Origin: Candidatus Undinarchaeota archaeon | GTDB taxonomy: Archaea; Undinarchaeota; Undinarchaeia; Undinarchaeales; UBA543 | Direction of reading: 5' to 3' | NCBI GenBank assembly: GCA_964636545.1 | Contig: CAZWSR010000004.1 | Span: forward strand, 1 to 64,000 | Length of the DNA stretch: 64,000 bases | Part shown: piece by piece, positions 1-9,141 of the stretch | Numbering within the stretch: position 1 is the stretch's first letter | How the letters are laid out: each line of letters opens with the position of its first letter | The notes under the pieces: model-generated | The model's database searches: none | What the model saw: only the letters and a program-made list of their open reading frames with translations | What the model was told of the DNA's origin: nothing | Position numbers and translations under genes: made by a program

Positions 1-284
1 TTACTTCAGAAACTTTAGATGATGTTGTTAAAACTACTTTGTTTAATCTTCTTAAGGGAAAATCAAAAATAAGAGAAAGTGTAAAGATTTTAAAAGATAT
101 TCCAGAAAACGAAGTTGAACTTTATGCTAAATTGAATAAGTTTGAATTTATTAAATTAAAAAAACCAGTGAAAACCGCATTAATGAAAGCAATTGAAGAT
201 AATTTATTTAAAATAGAAAAGAAGCACCCTGGAACAAAGTTTGCAATGAATAAGAGTTTTAAGAATTTGGAGAAAGTATTGTAA
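1..284 (+). CDS. Hypothetical protein, probably 5'-truncated by the window edge
   Basis: Open frame ending TAA at 284; no recognisable motif. Confidence 0.5.
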   Translation, partial: TSETLDDVVKTTLFNLLKGKSKIRESVKILKDIPENEVELYAKLNKFEFIKLKKPVKTALMKAIEDNLFKIEKKHPGTKFAMNKSFKNLEKVL

Positions 285-287
285 AAA

Positions 288-566
288 GAGTGACACAGCA
301 GTCTTCAATGGACTAACCAGAAAAATGTTGCTTAACCTTGCTCAAGAGCTCCACACCACGATCTGCAAGCATCAAAAATTCCTGTTAATGGCTGCTTCCT
401 TCCGGATCTGACCAGGTTCGCAGGAACATCGATCCCACAGGGCAATGCTTCGACGCCCAAGTGCAAGACAACATCCCGCTGGCAAGCCTCTCAAAGTGTT
501 CAGCTCCGCCATAAAGCCCATTTGCGGTAACAAGGTAGGGCTAATTCCCCAGCCTAGCTGTGCCGC
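288..566 (-). ncRNA. ffs: Archaeal SRP RNA (7S)
   Basis: Minus strand has the helix-8 motif GAACCTGGTCAGATCCGGAAGGAAGCAGCC; ends GGCACAGC/GCTGTGTC pair; about 280 nt. Confidence 0.93.
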
Positions 567-603
567 TATAATCGTTAATTACCTCGTTTATAATTGTTAC
601 TAT

Positions 604-1047
604 CTAACAAATCGCTGCTGGAGCACCGCAGTTTCCACTATAACATGCTACACCTGGTGCGTAAAAGTCACAATATTCATCACAATCTCCAAATTGGCTG
701 TATAATGGATCTGTCATATCATAGCAAGCAATCATTGGTTCTGCTGTTTGCCAAACACAGTTTTTGCTTAAATCAAGACAGTCACCACATGCGTCAGGGC
801 CAGTTGCCATATCTGTACAAGATCTACAACATCCTTCAGAATCAAGATAAGTTGGTTCACCTGTTTCAAGTGGCAAGCACTTTCCATTTTGGTATAAATA
901 AGCAGTATCGCAAATACTTGAATCAAGCTGTGCTTTTTTGTAATATTGTCCCACAGTTGCGACTCCAGTGCTTGACATGAGGAATGCTCCACCAATAACT
1001 AGCACTAGAAAAACTATTCCAATAATTGTAATTGTTTTGGTTTCCAT
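604..1047 (-). CDS. Membrane-anchored or exported Cys-rich protein (147 aa, 14 Cys)
   Basis: Start moved to ATG 1047 (METKTITIIGIVFLV...) because the longer ORF overlaps tRNA-Val; N-terminal hydrophobic helix. Confidence 0.75.
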   Translation of the reverse strand: METKTITIIGIVFLVLVIGGAFLMSSTGVATVGQYYKKAQLDSSICDTAYLYQNGKCLPLETGEPTYLDSEGCCRSCTDMATGPDACGDCLDLSKNCVWQTAEPMIACYDMTDPLYSQFGDCDEYCDFYAPGVACYSGNCGAPAAIC

Positions 1048-1086
1048 ATTATTATCTTGTATACTATTGTATATAAACGTAATGAA

Positions 1087-1159
1087 TGGGCCCAACAGGA
1101 GTTGAACCTGTGACCTTCTCCGTGTAAAGGAGACGTCATAGCCACTAGACCATGGGCCC
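1087..1159 (-). tRNA. tRNA-Val(TAC)
   Basis: GGGCCCA acceptor; anticodon arm TCTCC-TTTACAC-GGAGA; GTTCAAC T-loop. Confidence 0.96.
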
Positions 1160-1167
1160 ATTTTTAT

Positions 1168-1254
1168 TGGCGCGGGGGGAGGGATTTGAACCCCCAAATC
1201 CTTGCGGAAACAGAGTTAGCAACCCTGCGCAGTACCAGATTGTGCCACCCCCGC
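1168..1254 (-). tRNA. tRNA-Ser(GCT), CCA encoded
   Basis: Anticodon arm CAGGG-TTGCTAA-CTCTG; long variable arm; G discriminator followed by CCA. Confidence 0.95.
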
Positions 1255-1300
1255 AGTTTGTAGAACTATTTGGTGTGTTTTAGTATTATAAGTCTTGCTA

Positions 1301-1993
1301 TTAATCTTCTGCAAGCTCTTCTTTTATTTTATTTATCAAATCTCTTGGTTTATCATCTATGATTTGAATTCTGTCTAAAGGAAGTTTATGTGTTAAAAGT
1401 TGTTTTGTAAAGTACCTTTTGTAGTCATGAAGAGGATATGAGGTTACAAGTAGGTTCAATGGAATAATTATTTTGTAAGGGAATTTCTCTTCCATTTTCA
1501 AAAAATAGAGTAGTGTGCTTGTTATACACCCAGCAATCGTTCCGCCTGAAAGAATTAGTGATTTAATTTTTAATGGTGGTTTTGCAAGTATATCAATTAT
1601 TTCAGATCTAACCTGCGCATTATATCTCATTCTTTCAATATGATTATCGTACCATTGTTTTTTTCTATCGGATAATTGTATTCTAGCTTCACTAATGTCT
1701 CTTTTCTTTTTCTTAATATTTTTAATAGTATGTCGAAATAACTTATTTGTCTCAAATAGTTCTTTTGTTCGCGTAACTACAAAGTTTTTATGAGAAATTG
1801 AAATAAAATTTCTTAACAAGTAATTTGAATAAGTAAGTGAAAAAGTTGGAACATCCATATTGTAAAGTGCTCTAGTAAATTTTGCAATATCGCTATATCT
1901 TTGTTTATTTATAGGTTCATAAAAAAGGCCAGTCCATGGATTTATTACATAATGTGCATACGTCATTTTTCTGTTTGTGAATACATCCGCCAT
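1301..1993 (-). CDS. Hypothetical protein, weak resemblance to cysteine hydrolase/isochorismatase fold
   Basis: 230-aa ORF; LILSGGTIAGCITST resembles the G...C.ST motif. Confidence 0.55.
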   Translation of the reverse strand: MADVFTNRKMTYAHYVINPWTGLFYEPINKQRYSDIAKFTRALYNMDVPTFSLTYSNYLLRNFISISHKNFVVTRTKELFETNKLFRHTIKNIKKKKRDISEARIQLSDRKKQWYDNHIERMRYNAQVRSEIIDILAKPPLKIKSLILSGGTIAGCITSTLLYFLKMEEKFPYKIIIPLNLLVTSYPLHDYKRYFTKQLLTHKLPLDRIQIIDDKPRDLINKIKEELAED

Positions 1994-2082
1994 AATAATT
2001 AATAGGCAATTAGAGTATTAATATATTATTATGGAATTGGCAGCGCATTAAAGTTATATACTTCGTTTTCCATATCATTATT

Positions 2083-2292
2083 ATGTTTGGAAAGCGTGGT
2101 AAAATAAATAGGCTCCGTAGAATGCGAGAGAAGTATGTTGAAGGACGGGATTCAGAACAACATAAATTAGAAACTAGTGGACGGTTTATGAAATTTATGG
2201 CTAATTATGATAAAGGTGTTGAGGGATATCAAGGTGAGATTGATAAAATTGATAAGAAATTAAAAGAACTTGAAGGGAAAAAGAAGGATTAG
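2083..2292 (+). CDS. Small coiled-coil hypothetical protein
   Basis: 69-aa ORF with a TATA-like TTATATA upstream. Confidence 0.6.
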   Translation: MFGKRGKINRLRRMREKYVEGRDSEQHKLETSGRFMKFMANYDKGVEGYQGEIDKIDKKLKELEGKKKD

Positions 2293-2300
2293 TTATTGGT

Positions 2301-2325
2301 GACGCGTCCAAATTGTGGACGCGTC
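2301..2325. terminator. Perfect 10-bp hairpin between convergent genes
   Basis: GACGCGTCCA-aattg-TGGACGCGTC. Confidence 0.55.
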
Positions 2326-2342
2326 TTGGTGGGTCACTTCAC

Positions 2343-2522
2343 TTACTCGTCACTTCCGTTTGGAACAAGTAGGAAGCTGTATTTACCTCTAGCAGGTACT
2401 GGTGCAAAATCAAGTGCAATGGATACGTTGCCCTTGTCTTTTATCCAAGCAGCTCCGATGTTTGACCATCGTTTTTCACCGACTTTTGTAACAGCCCTAA
2501 AATCTGGTTTGTTTCCAGTCAT
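2343..2522 (-). CDS. Small IGAAW-motif protein (DUF736/PC4-like, putative ssDNA-binding)
   Basis: GGAGGT SD before ATG 2522; KPDF...WSNIGAAW...SIALD pattern. Confidence 0.65.
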   Translation of the reverse strand: MTGNKPDFRAVTKVGEKRWSNIGAAWIKDKGNVSIALDFAPVPARGKYSFLLVPNGSDE

Positions 2523-2774
2523 TTTTTTACCTCCGTGTTTTAGCTCACGACAAAAAAGCATCATCTTGAAGCGTATTTAAGTATTAGCCAACTGTGGTGA
2601 GTTTATTGAGTTGGTGAAATTTTTTAAACAGAATTTTGGTTGTGGTTTTTATGAGAATCGCAAAATCGAGAGGCATTACATATGTAACTGGAAAAAGCAT
2701 ATATATTTCCCCGGTCACGCCAATCAGTAATCAGGGGAATTTTCCTGCCATAGGGGGTTTTTGGGAGAAATGGC

Positions 2775-4895
2775 ATGGAAAGTGAAAGACTGTTAATATT
2801 AGTATTGTTGATAATGACAATTCTTGTTCCAGTAGTCAGTGCTGCTGAGCAAGTTAATAATTTATTGGATATTGAAAATCCATTTGTGTATTTTTCTGAA
2901 GAAAATAATACTTCAATTTATTTTGATTTTAATAATAGTCATACCTTATCTTTTTCAATTCCAAATGGTGCTCAAATTGATTCTGCGATTATTTCTTTAA
3001 CAGCTTTGGATAAGGTATTTTCGTTATTTAATTGTTCAAAAACTTGCATTGATTCTTCTTGTGAAGCACCAAACAATGTCTCAAATTTTTCATGCAACTA
3101 CAAAGTTTCAATGTCAATTCCGGAGCTACCTGTTCCTGAGTGCGAAACTCCTGGAATTATGATTGGTAGTCATTATTATGGAAAAGCAGTGGCAGGCGAC
3201 TCTTCTTGTGAAATTGATTCTGGCTGTACTTGTATTGGGTTTGGGCCAAAAAGTTGTTCAGGCGACAGCAAATCTTGCAATGCTGGCGATACTATAACTT
3301 CCAGTTGGTTTTTTGATAGTGAAATTGGAGTTTCTCGTTCTCCTGGAATTTATATTGCTCTGTGGAGATGGCGCAATAAGTGGCAGTGTTATGATCCCGG
3401 ACTTGGTCGAGAACCAACTACTCGTTTTAATGGCAATAATTCTGTTGAAATGAATTATTCCTATATTGCTGATTCTTGCCCAGAGGGATATAATTCTACT
3501 AGTCTAATAAATAATCAACAAGTTTCTCCAGAATTAACTCTTGGAAACAATACTTTATGGTCACCTGGCGTGCAAGAAAATGAGACAGAACATGTTTTGA
3601 ATCTAACTCAAGAAATTCAAGAATCTTTAGAAAATTGCTCTGAATCCATTTGTGAAATTCCACTTGTTTTTAATTCAAGTACTGGTGGTGCATTAACTAT
3701 TGATAATAGTTCTTTGAATTATTCAATTACATTAAATTATTTTGAAACCAATACTACTCGTATTGGCAATTACACAAATCTTTTTGTTGGAGAAAATTTA
3801 ACTTATCAGAAAAATGTCACGCTTGTTAATGATTTTTTTATTGATATGAATCTTACTCTTAATGAAATTAATCAAACAGTTATATTGGTGGAAAATTCAA
3901 CTTGGTTTTATTCTCTAAACATCACGCAACAAGGTGCTTATTGGTCTTATCAAAATTTAACTTTTGAAAATAATACAACTTATTTTTATGATAGCCTCAT
4001 TGTTATTCCATTTGATTTTCCAGGAGATGTCCAGGTTAATGCTAATTTGAGTTTAATGGATTTGCCTGAATTTAATAATAGTGGCAGTTTCAATATAACA
4101 TTAAATGAAAAAGAAGTTAATTATACAATTGTAAATGAGTCAATTCTTTTTATTCTTGAAGAGGACTTTCAGAAATTAGTTGTAAATGCTTTTGAAGATT
4201 CTAAATACTTTTTGAAAATTGTATATGATGTCCCTAAAGAACAAGAAGGTTTTCAACAAGCAAGTCCAGAAGAACCCACAAGTTCTGGTGGAGGAGGTGG
4301 TGGGGGCGGCAGTTTTTCAGGATCTGTTAGGCAAAAACCAATTAAAAAAGAAGTTGAGTTAAATCAAGAAGTTTTAGACTCACAAGAAATCTACGTTCCT
4401 GTTTCAGTTGAAACACCAGAACCAGTTAATGATGTAATTGAGCAAACATCTAAAGCAACTGGTTATTTGCATTTAGTTCCCCTGTCCTCCAAAAGTCGGA
4501 TTTTTGTTGCAATTGTATGCAGTTTATTACTTTCATTTATTATTGGAACTAGGATAACCAATTTCAAATTACCTAAACCAAAATTACAACTTTCTAAATC
4601 TAAATTAAAACACATTACTCCAAAACCACAATCCGTTGTCCTAAAACCTGAAATTTTCAATAATCATATGAAAACAATTCTAAAAGGTTTAAGTGAACGA
4701 GAGCAAGAAATTCTCAAAATTTTAATGGAATACAAAGGACAAACTACTCAAGCTAGAATTTACCATGCAACTGGCATTCCAACAACTTCTTTATCTCGCT
4801 GGATGGATTCTTTAGAGCGAAAAGGACTAATTGAATCAAACAGACGAGGCAAACTCCGAGATCTAAAAATAACTACAAAATTCAGAGGAGAATAG
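2775..4895 (+). CDS. Membrane protein: signal peptide, Cys/Asn-rich extracellular region, Gly linker, TM helix, C-terminal winged-HTH
   Basis: Signal ...VVSA-AE; poly-G linker; TM IFVAIVCSLLLSFII; LSEREQEILKIL...TSLSRWMDSLERKGLI. Confidence 0.85.
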   Translation: MESERLLILVLLIMTILVPVVSAAEQVNNLLDIENPFVYFSEENNTSIYFDFNNSHTLSFSIPNGAQIDSAIISLTALDKVFSLFNCSKTCIDSSCEAPNNVSNFSCNYKVSMSIPELPVPECETPGIMIGSHYYGKAVAGDSSCEIDSGCTCIGFGPKSCSGDSKSCNAGDTITSSWFFDSEIGVSRSPGIYIALWRWRNKWQCYDPGLGREPTTRFNGNNSVEMNYSYIADSCPEGYNSTSLINNQQVSPELTLGNNTLWSPGVQENETEHVLNLTQEIQESLENCSESICEIPLVFNSSTGGALTIDNSSLNYSITLNYFETNTTRIGNYTNLFVGENLTYQKNVTLVNDFFIDMNLTLNEINQTVILVENSTWFYSLNITQQGAYWSYQNLTFENNTTYFYDSLIVIPFDFPGDVQVNANLSLMDLPEFNNSGSFNITLNEKEVNYTIVNESILFILEEDFQKLVVNAFEDSKYFLKIVYDVPKEQEGFQQASPEEPTSSGGGGGGGGSFSGSVRQKPIKKEVELNQEVLDSQEIYVPVSVETPEPVNDVIEQTSKATGYLHLVPLSSKSRIFVAIVCSLLLSFIIGTRITNFKLPKPKLQLSKSKLKHITPKPQSVVLKPEIFNNHMKTILKGLSEREQEILKILMEYKGQTTQARIYHATGIPTTSLSRWMDSLERKGLIESNRRGKLRDLKITTKFRGE

Positions 4896-4936
4896 GTATT
4901 GTTATATATTAATAAACGAATAAGTATCTGAGTATT

Positions 4937-5797
4937 TTGAAAAAAGAAGAAGTACCTTTAACATGGTCAGAAGAGTATCTTAATCATCTTGACAAATTAA
5001 ATTCTCATACCCAGTATCGTAATTACCGAAAAAAATTAGGAGTACAACTTGAACAATTAGCAAGCAAGGGGCTGATTGAGCTCATGAAAAGAATTAATGA
5101 AGTCGTTATAGAAGCTTTTGATGATGATACTGAGTATTTTTTGAAAGGGGCTTTTATAGATTTAATAGCTAGTTTTTTGGATTTGGATATTAAAAAACCA
5201 AAATATTTGAAACAGTCACGATTCCAAAAATTTTTAGATCCCAATTTTGAACAGAAGTTTACATTAATGACTTCTCATAAAATATTTTTAATTAAAAAAA
5301 TTACAATCTATACATTACAAAAAAAACTTACACAAATTGTATATTTATTATACGACGAAAAACCAGCTTTTAAAAAAGATCATCCTAAGTTTTTTATCAA
5401 TATGAAAAAGAGTTGGATAACTCCTGAATTAAAAAAAGCTAAAAAAAATATTATGGGTCTAAACCCGCTTCTGGCCATTCCAGTTGAAAAAGGTTCAGAA
5501 AAAGCTGTAGATAAAGACGCGATTTTATTAGAGACTTTTGTTGAAAAATCTAATCTCCTTAAGCAAGCATTAGCACCAATCATTAATGATCTTGAAACTC
5601 AAGGTAAGTTTTATAGTAAATGTAATAAGTTGTTTGAAGCTTACAAAAGCAAATATCTAGCAATGAATGAGCATGATAAATTAAAAAAAGAACATCAAGA
5701 ACGTGGTCTTAATAATCTATACAAAGAAATGGTAACTGATTTAGAAAATGGTATTAGTGAAATAGGTATCCTTGAAGAACTCGATGAGCTCGAGTAA
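4937..5797 (+). CDS. Hypothetical helical protein
   Basis: 286-aa ORF, TTG start, no motif recognised. Confidence 0.6.
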   Translation: MKKEEVPLTWSEEYLNHLDKLNSHTQYRNYRKKLGVQLEQLASKGLIELMKRINEVVIEAFDDDTEYFLKGAFIDLIASFLDLDIKKPKYLKQSRFQKFLDPNFEQKFTLMTSHKIFLIKKITIYTLQKKLTQIVYLLYDEKPAFKKDHPKFFINMKKSWITPELKKAKKNIMGLNPLLAIPVEKGSEKAVDKDAILLETFVEKSNLLKQALAPIINDLETQGKFYSKCNKLFEAYKSKYLAMNEHDKLKKEHQERGLNNLYKEMVTDLENGISEIGILEELDELE

Positions 5798-5805
5798 TCT
5801 CGCAT

Positions 5806-5823
5806 AGCAAACTATTTATATGC
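5806..5823 (+). promoter_or_regulatory. BRE/TATA promoter of the ribosomal protein operon
   Basis: AGCAAACTATTTATATGC upstream of the rpl3 leader. Confidence 0.55.
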
Positions 5824-5867
5824 AAAATCTCGTGTATAACAGCACCATTAGGGGTATTTTGCCCTCT

Positions 5868-5960
5868 GGCATAGCAACGATATACGGCCAAGGCATAGAA
5901 CCAACACTAGTTCTATGTCATATTATGTCGCTTGCTGCCGCTTATTTGAGGTGATAGCGG
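5868..5960 (+). promoter_or_regulatory. Structured 5' leader of rpl3
   Basis: Nested stems 5868-5884/5924-5939 and 5892-5901/5910-5919, plus a CCGCT/AGCGG hairpin. Confidence 0.55.
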
Positions 5961-5976
5961 ACACTAAAACAAACCA

Positions 5977-6945
5977 ATGCCTTCAGTACACGCACCAAGA
6001 CATGGATCTATGCAATACAGTCCAAGGAAAAGGGCTCAGCGAATTTATCCTAGAGTGAGATCTTGGCCTGAATTATCTGAACCAAAACTTCTCGGTTTTG
6101 CTGGCTACAAGGCTGGCATGACGCACGCTTTTGTTAAAGATCATCGCAAAGACACACCAACAACAAATAAAGAGGTTTTCACACCTTTGACAATTATCGA
6201 GTGTCCCCCGCTCATGGTTCTTGGCATTCGAGCCTACAAAAAAACTCCATATGGCCTTAAGGCAAATGGCGAACTTCAAATGCCAAAACCTTCAAAAGAT
6301 CTTTCTCGCAAGATAACACTTGCAAAAACTCCTTCTCCTTCTTCAAAAAACCTTTCTGGTGATTTTCTCACCCTCATTCTTCATTCTCAACCAAAAACTG
6401 CAACCGGTAAAAAAAAGCCGGAAATTTTTGAATGCCGTGTTGGCGGTGACACTTTTGAACAGCAATATTCATATGCAAAAGATTTACTTGGTAAGGAAGT
6501 CGGTGTTTCTGATCTTTTCAACCCAGGTGATTTTATTGATGTTATAGCTGTTACAAAAGGAAAAGGTGTTCAGGGACCAGTAAAAAGGTTTGGTGTTCAC
6601 ATTCAACCTCGTGTTAAAAACAAGAAGAAACGGCATATTGGTACACTTGGGGGCAGAGGAACTGCAACTCGATGGACTGTGCCACAAGCTGGTCAGCTTG
6701 GTTATTTTACTAGAACTGAATACAACAAACGCATCCTAAAGATTGGAGAAAAAGGTAGAGAAATTACTCCAAAAGGTGGGTTTGTTAATTATGGTAAAGT
6801 ATCTGGTAATTATATTGCAATTAAAGGATCAGTACCTGGGCCTACAAAAAGATTAATTCGGTTCAGGCCAGCAATGAGGAATCACCCAGATTCAGCCGAT
6901 CCTCAAATCGCATACTTAAGCACAGAATCAAAGCAGGGAGTCTAA
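5977..6945 (+). CDS. rpl3: 50S ribosomal protein uL3
   Basis: PRHGSM..PRKRA, GYKAGMTH, TKGKG.QGPVKRFG. Confidence 0.98.
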   Translation: MPSVHAPRHGSMQYSPRKRAQRIYPRVRSWPELSEPKLLGFAGYKAGMTHAFVKDHRKDTPTTNKEVFTPLTIIECPPLMVLGIRAYKKTPYGLKANGELQMPKPSKDLSRKITLAKTPSPSSKNLSGDFLTLILHSQPKTATGKKKPEIFECRVGGDTFEQQYSYAKDLLGKEVGVSDLFNPGDFIDVIAVTKGKGVQGPVKRFGVHIQPRVKNKKKRHIGTLGGRGTATRWTVPQAGQLGYFTRTEYNKRILKIGEKGREITPKGGFVNYGKVSGNYIAIKGSVPGPTKRLIRFRPAMRNHPDSADPQIAYLSTESKQGV

Positions 6946-6946
6946 A

Positions 6947-7777
6947 ATGAAGGCAAATATCTTAGATATACAAGGAAAAGCAAAAGGTAGCATGGAACTA
7001 CCTGATATGTTTAGCCATGAGTATCGTCCAGATATTATCAAACAAGCTTTCTTGTCATATACAAGTTATAATTATCAGCCAAAAGGTGCATTCAGATTTG
7101 CAGGTCAGCAAACAACTGCTGTTTCTTGGCAAACAGGTGCAGGACGTTCAATTATGCCTAGAGTAAAAGTTGGACCGCACAGAGGCGGACGGAATGCTAA
7201 AGGTCACAGATACCGAAGTAAAGGGCGATGGTTCCCAATGGCAGGTCGTTATTTGATTGCTCCAGGAACTGTTGGTGGAAGACAGGCACATCCTCCAAAA
7301 GCACAGAAAAATCTCATTCGAAAAGTTAACAACAAGGAAATGGATGTTGCACTTGCTTCAGCAGTGTCTGCAACTATGAATCCATTCCTTGTGAAAAACC
7401 GTGGTCATGCAATTAATGAAAAAATGGAGCTACCACTTATTGTTGAAGATTCAATTATCTCATTAACCAAAACAAAAGACGCAATTGCTGCGTTGGTTGC
7501 ACTTGGTCTTGCAAAAGATTTGGAACGATGTGCAGAACCAAAAGTCAGAAATGGCAGAGGAAAAACTCGTGGAAGAAAATACAAAAGAAAAGTTGGACCT
7601 CTTGTAGTTATTGCTGATGAAAAAGGAATTGAAATTGCTGCAAGGAATATTGGTGGCGTTGATGTTTCAACAGTTGATGAGCTAAATATTGAGTTGCTTG
7701 CTCCTGGTTCAAATGCAGGTCGATTAACTGTTTGGACTAAAGGCGCAGTTGAACAAATAGCTGGAGGTCAAAAATGA
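6947..7777 (+). CDS. rpl4: 50S ribosomal protein uL4
   Basis: YRPDII, GGRQAHPPK, LLAPG..AGRLTVWT. Confidence 0.98.
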   Translation: MKANILDIQGKAKGSMELPDMFSHEYRPDIIKQAFLSYTSYNYQPKGAFRFAGQQTTAVSWQTGAGRSIMPRVKVGPHRGGRNAKGHRYRSKGRWFPMAGRYLIAPGTVGGRQAHPPKAQKNLIRKVNNKEMDVALASAVSATMNPFLVKNRGHAINEKMELPLIVEDSIISLTKTKDAIAALVALGLAKDLERCAEPKVRNGRGKTRGRKYKRKVGPLVVIADEKGIEIAARNIGGVDVSTVDELNIELLAPGSNAGRLTVWTKGAVEQIAGGQK

Positions 7778-8031
7778 AAAGAATAACTATCATGCACGCA
7801 CTCATGACAGAAAAATGTATGGCTATTTCAGAAAATGAGAACAAGCTCGTATTTCGCGTTCACATTGATTCAAACAAAAATGAAATCAGAGAAGCAGTTA
7901 CAAAACAATTCAAGGTGAAAGTTGTATCAGTGCAAACAATGATCACGCCTCTTGGTGCAAAAAGAGCTTTTGTCAAACTGGCAAAAGAACACAACGCAGG
8001 CGACATTGTTGCTAACATGGGAGTACTATAA
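7774..8031 (+). CDS. rpl23: 50S ribosomal protein uL23
   Basis: TEK..., NKLVF.V...NK.EI, KRAFVKL; synteny. Confidence 0.96.
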   Translation: MKRITIMHALMTEKCMAISENENKLVFRVHIDSNKNEIREAVTKQFKVKVVSVQTMITPLGAKRAFVKLAKEHNAGDIVANMGVL

Positions 8032-8750
8032 TGGGAAAAGTAATTCGTGCACAAAGAATTGGAAAGGCAAAAAGAAGGATGTCTCTTAGCCACCGTGCCA
8101 AAGGAAAACCAAAACATGTTAGCTTAAAAGTTTCACGCGAAAAACTTGTAACTGGCAAAGTTACTGATATTTCACATGTTCCAGGACGAAATACTCCTGT
8201 TGCACGAGTTCAATATCCAAACAAGGAAAAAGGGTTGTTAATCGCACCTTTAGGCCTTGCAGTTGGAGATGAAATCACTCATGGTGCAAAAGCAACAATC
8301 TCAAAAGGATCCTGTGTATTCGTTTCACAAATTCCAGAGGGGACACAAGTGTACAATGTAGAATCTTTCCCTGGTGATGGTGGAAAAATCGGAAGATCTG
8401 CTGGAAATACAGTTCGAATCGTATCTCATGATGTTAAAGGAACAGTTATACAGCTTCCTTCAGGCGCATTTAAAACAGTAAATAATCAGTGCAGAGCAAA
8501 TATTGGAGTTGCTGCTGGTGGCGGACAACATGAAAAACCATTTGTTCGTGCAGGAGCAAAACGCTATTCAAGATATGCAAAAGGCAAATTACATTCAATT
8601 GTTTGTGGTGTTAACATGAACCCACGTGACCATCCATTTGGTGGTGGACGACACCCTCACACTGGAAAAGGAATATCTGTTTCAAGACACGCACCTCCTG
8701 GAAGAAAGGTTGGTGCAATCGCGTCCAAGAGGACAGGTAAGAAGAGGTAA
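8031..8750 (+). CDS. rpl2: 50S ribosomal protein uL2
   Basis: MGK.I.AQR.G, MNP.DHPFGGG, APPGRKVG. Confidence 0.98.
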   Translation: MGKVIRAQRIGKAKRRMSLSHRAKGKPKHVSLKVSREKLVTGKVTDISHVPGRNTPVARVQYPNKEKGLLIAPLGLAVGDEITHGAKATISKGSCVFVSQIPEGTQVYNVESFPGDGGKIGRSAGNTVRIVSHDVKGTVIQLPSGAFKTVNNQCRANIGVAAGGGQHEKPFVRAGAKRYSRYAKGKLHSIVCGVNMNPRDHPFGGGRHPHTGKGISVSRHAPPGRKVGAIASKRTGKKR

Positions 8751-8752
8751 AA

Positions 8753-9139
8753 ATGGTAAAAAAAGAATTTACATATCGCGGATACAAGTTGGAAGACCTT
8801 CAAAAAATGAAACTTGAAGAGTTTGCAAAGCTTGTCAAGGCCAGAGAAAGGCGTTCACTTACTCGTGGTTTTATTAAACAACACGAAAAATTAATAGAGA
8901 GGTCACGAAAAATCCAAGGAAAACCAATAAGGACCCACTGCCGTGACATGATCATACTCCCAGAATTCGTTGGAAAAATATTCGCAATACACAATGGGAA
9001 GGAATTTGTCAGAACTGACATTACTCCTGAAATGATTGGACACTATCTTGGCGAATTTGTATTAACCAGAAGGCGTGTTATGCACTCTTCACCTGGTGTT
9101 GGTGCAACTCGTGCAAGTAAATTCGTGTCACTCAAGTAA
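8753..9139 (+). CDS. rps19: 30S ribosomal protein uS19
   Basis: RTHCRDMIILPE, MIGHYLGEF. Confidence 0.98.
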   Translation: MVKKEFTYRGYKLEDLQKMKLEEFAKLVKARERRSLTRGFIKQHEKLIERSRKIQGKPIRTHCRDMIILPEFVGKIFAIHNGKEFVRTDITPEMIGHYLGEFVLTRRRVMHSSPGVGATRASKFVSLK

Positions 9140-9141
9140 AG

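Noticed and set aside
445-980. Plus-strand ORFs 445-705 and 594-980
   Set aside because: Antisense to the SRP RNA and the Cys-rich gene; no protein features.
4548-4635. Possible heptad periodicity in the basic linker of the wHTH membrane protein
   Set aside because: Too degenerate to separate from K/P/L codon bias by eye, and no complementary arm.
1255-5800. Integrated provirus or plasmid beside the tRNAs
   Set aside because: No integrase, att duplication or virion genes recognised, and the region lies on the 5' side of the tRNAs.
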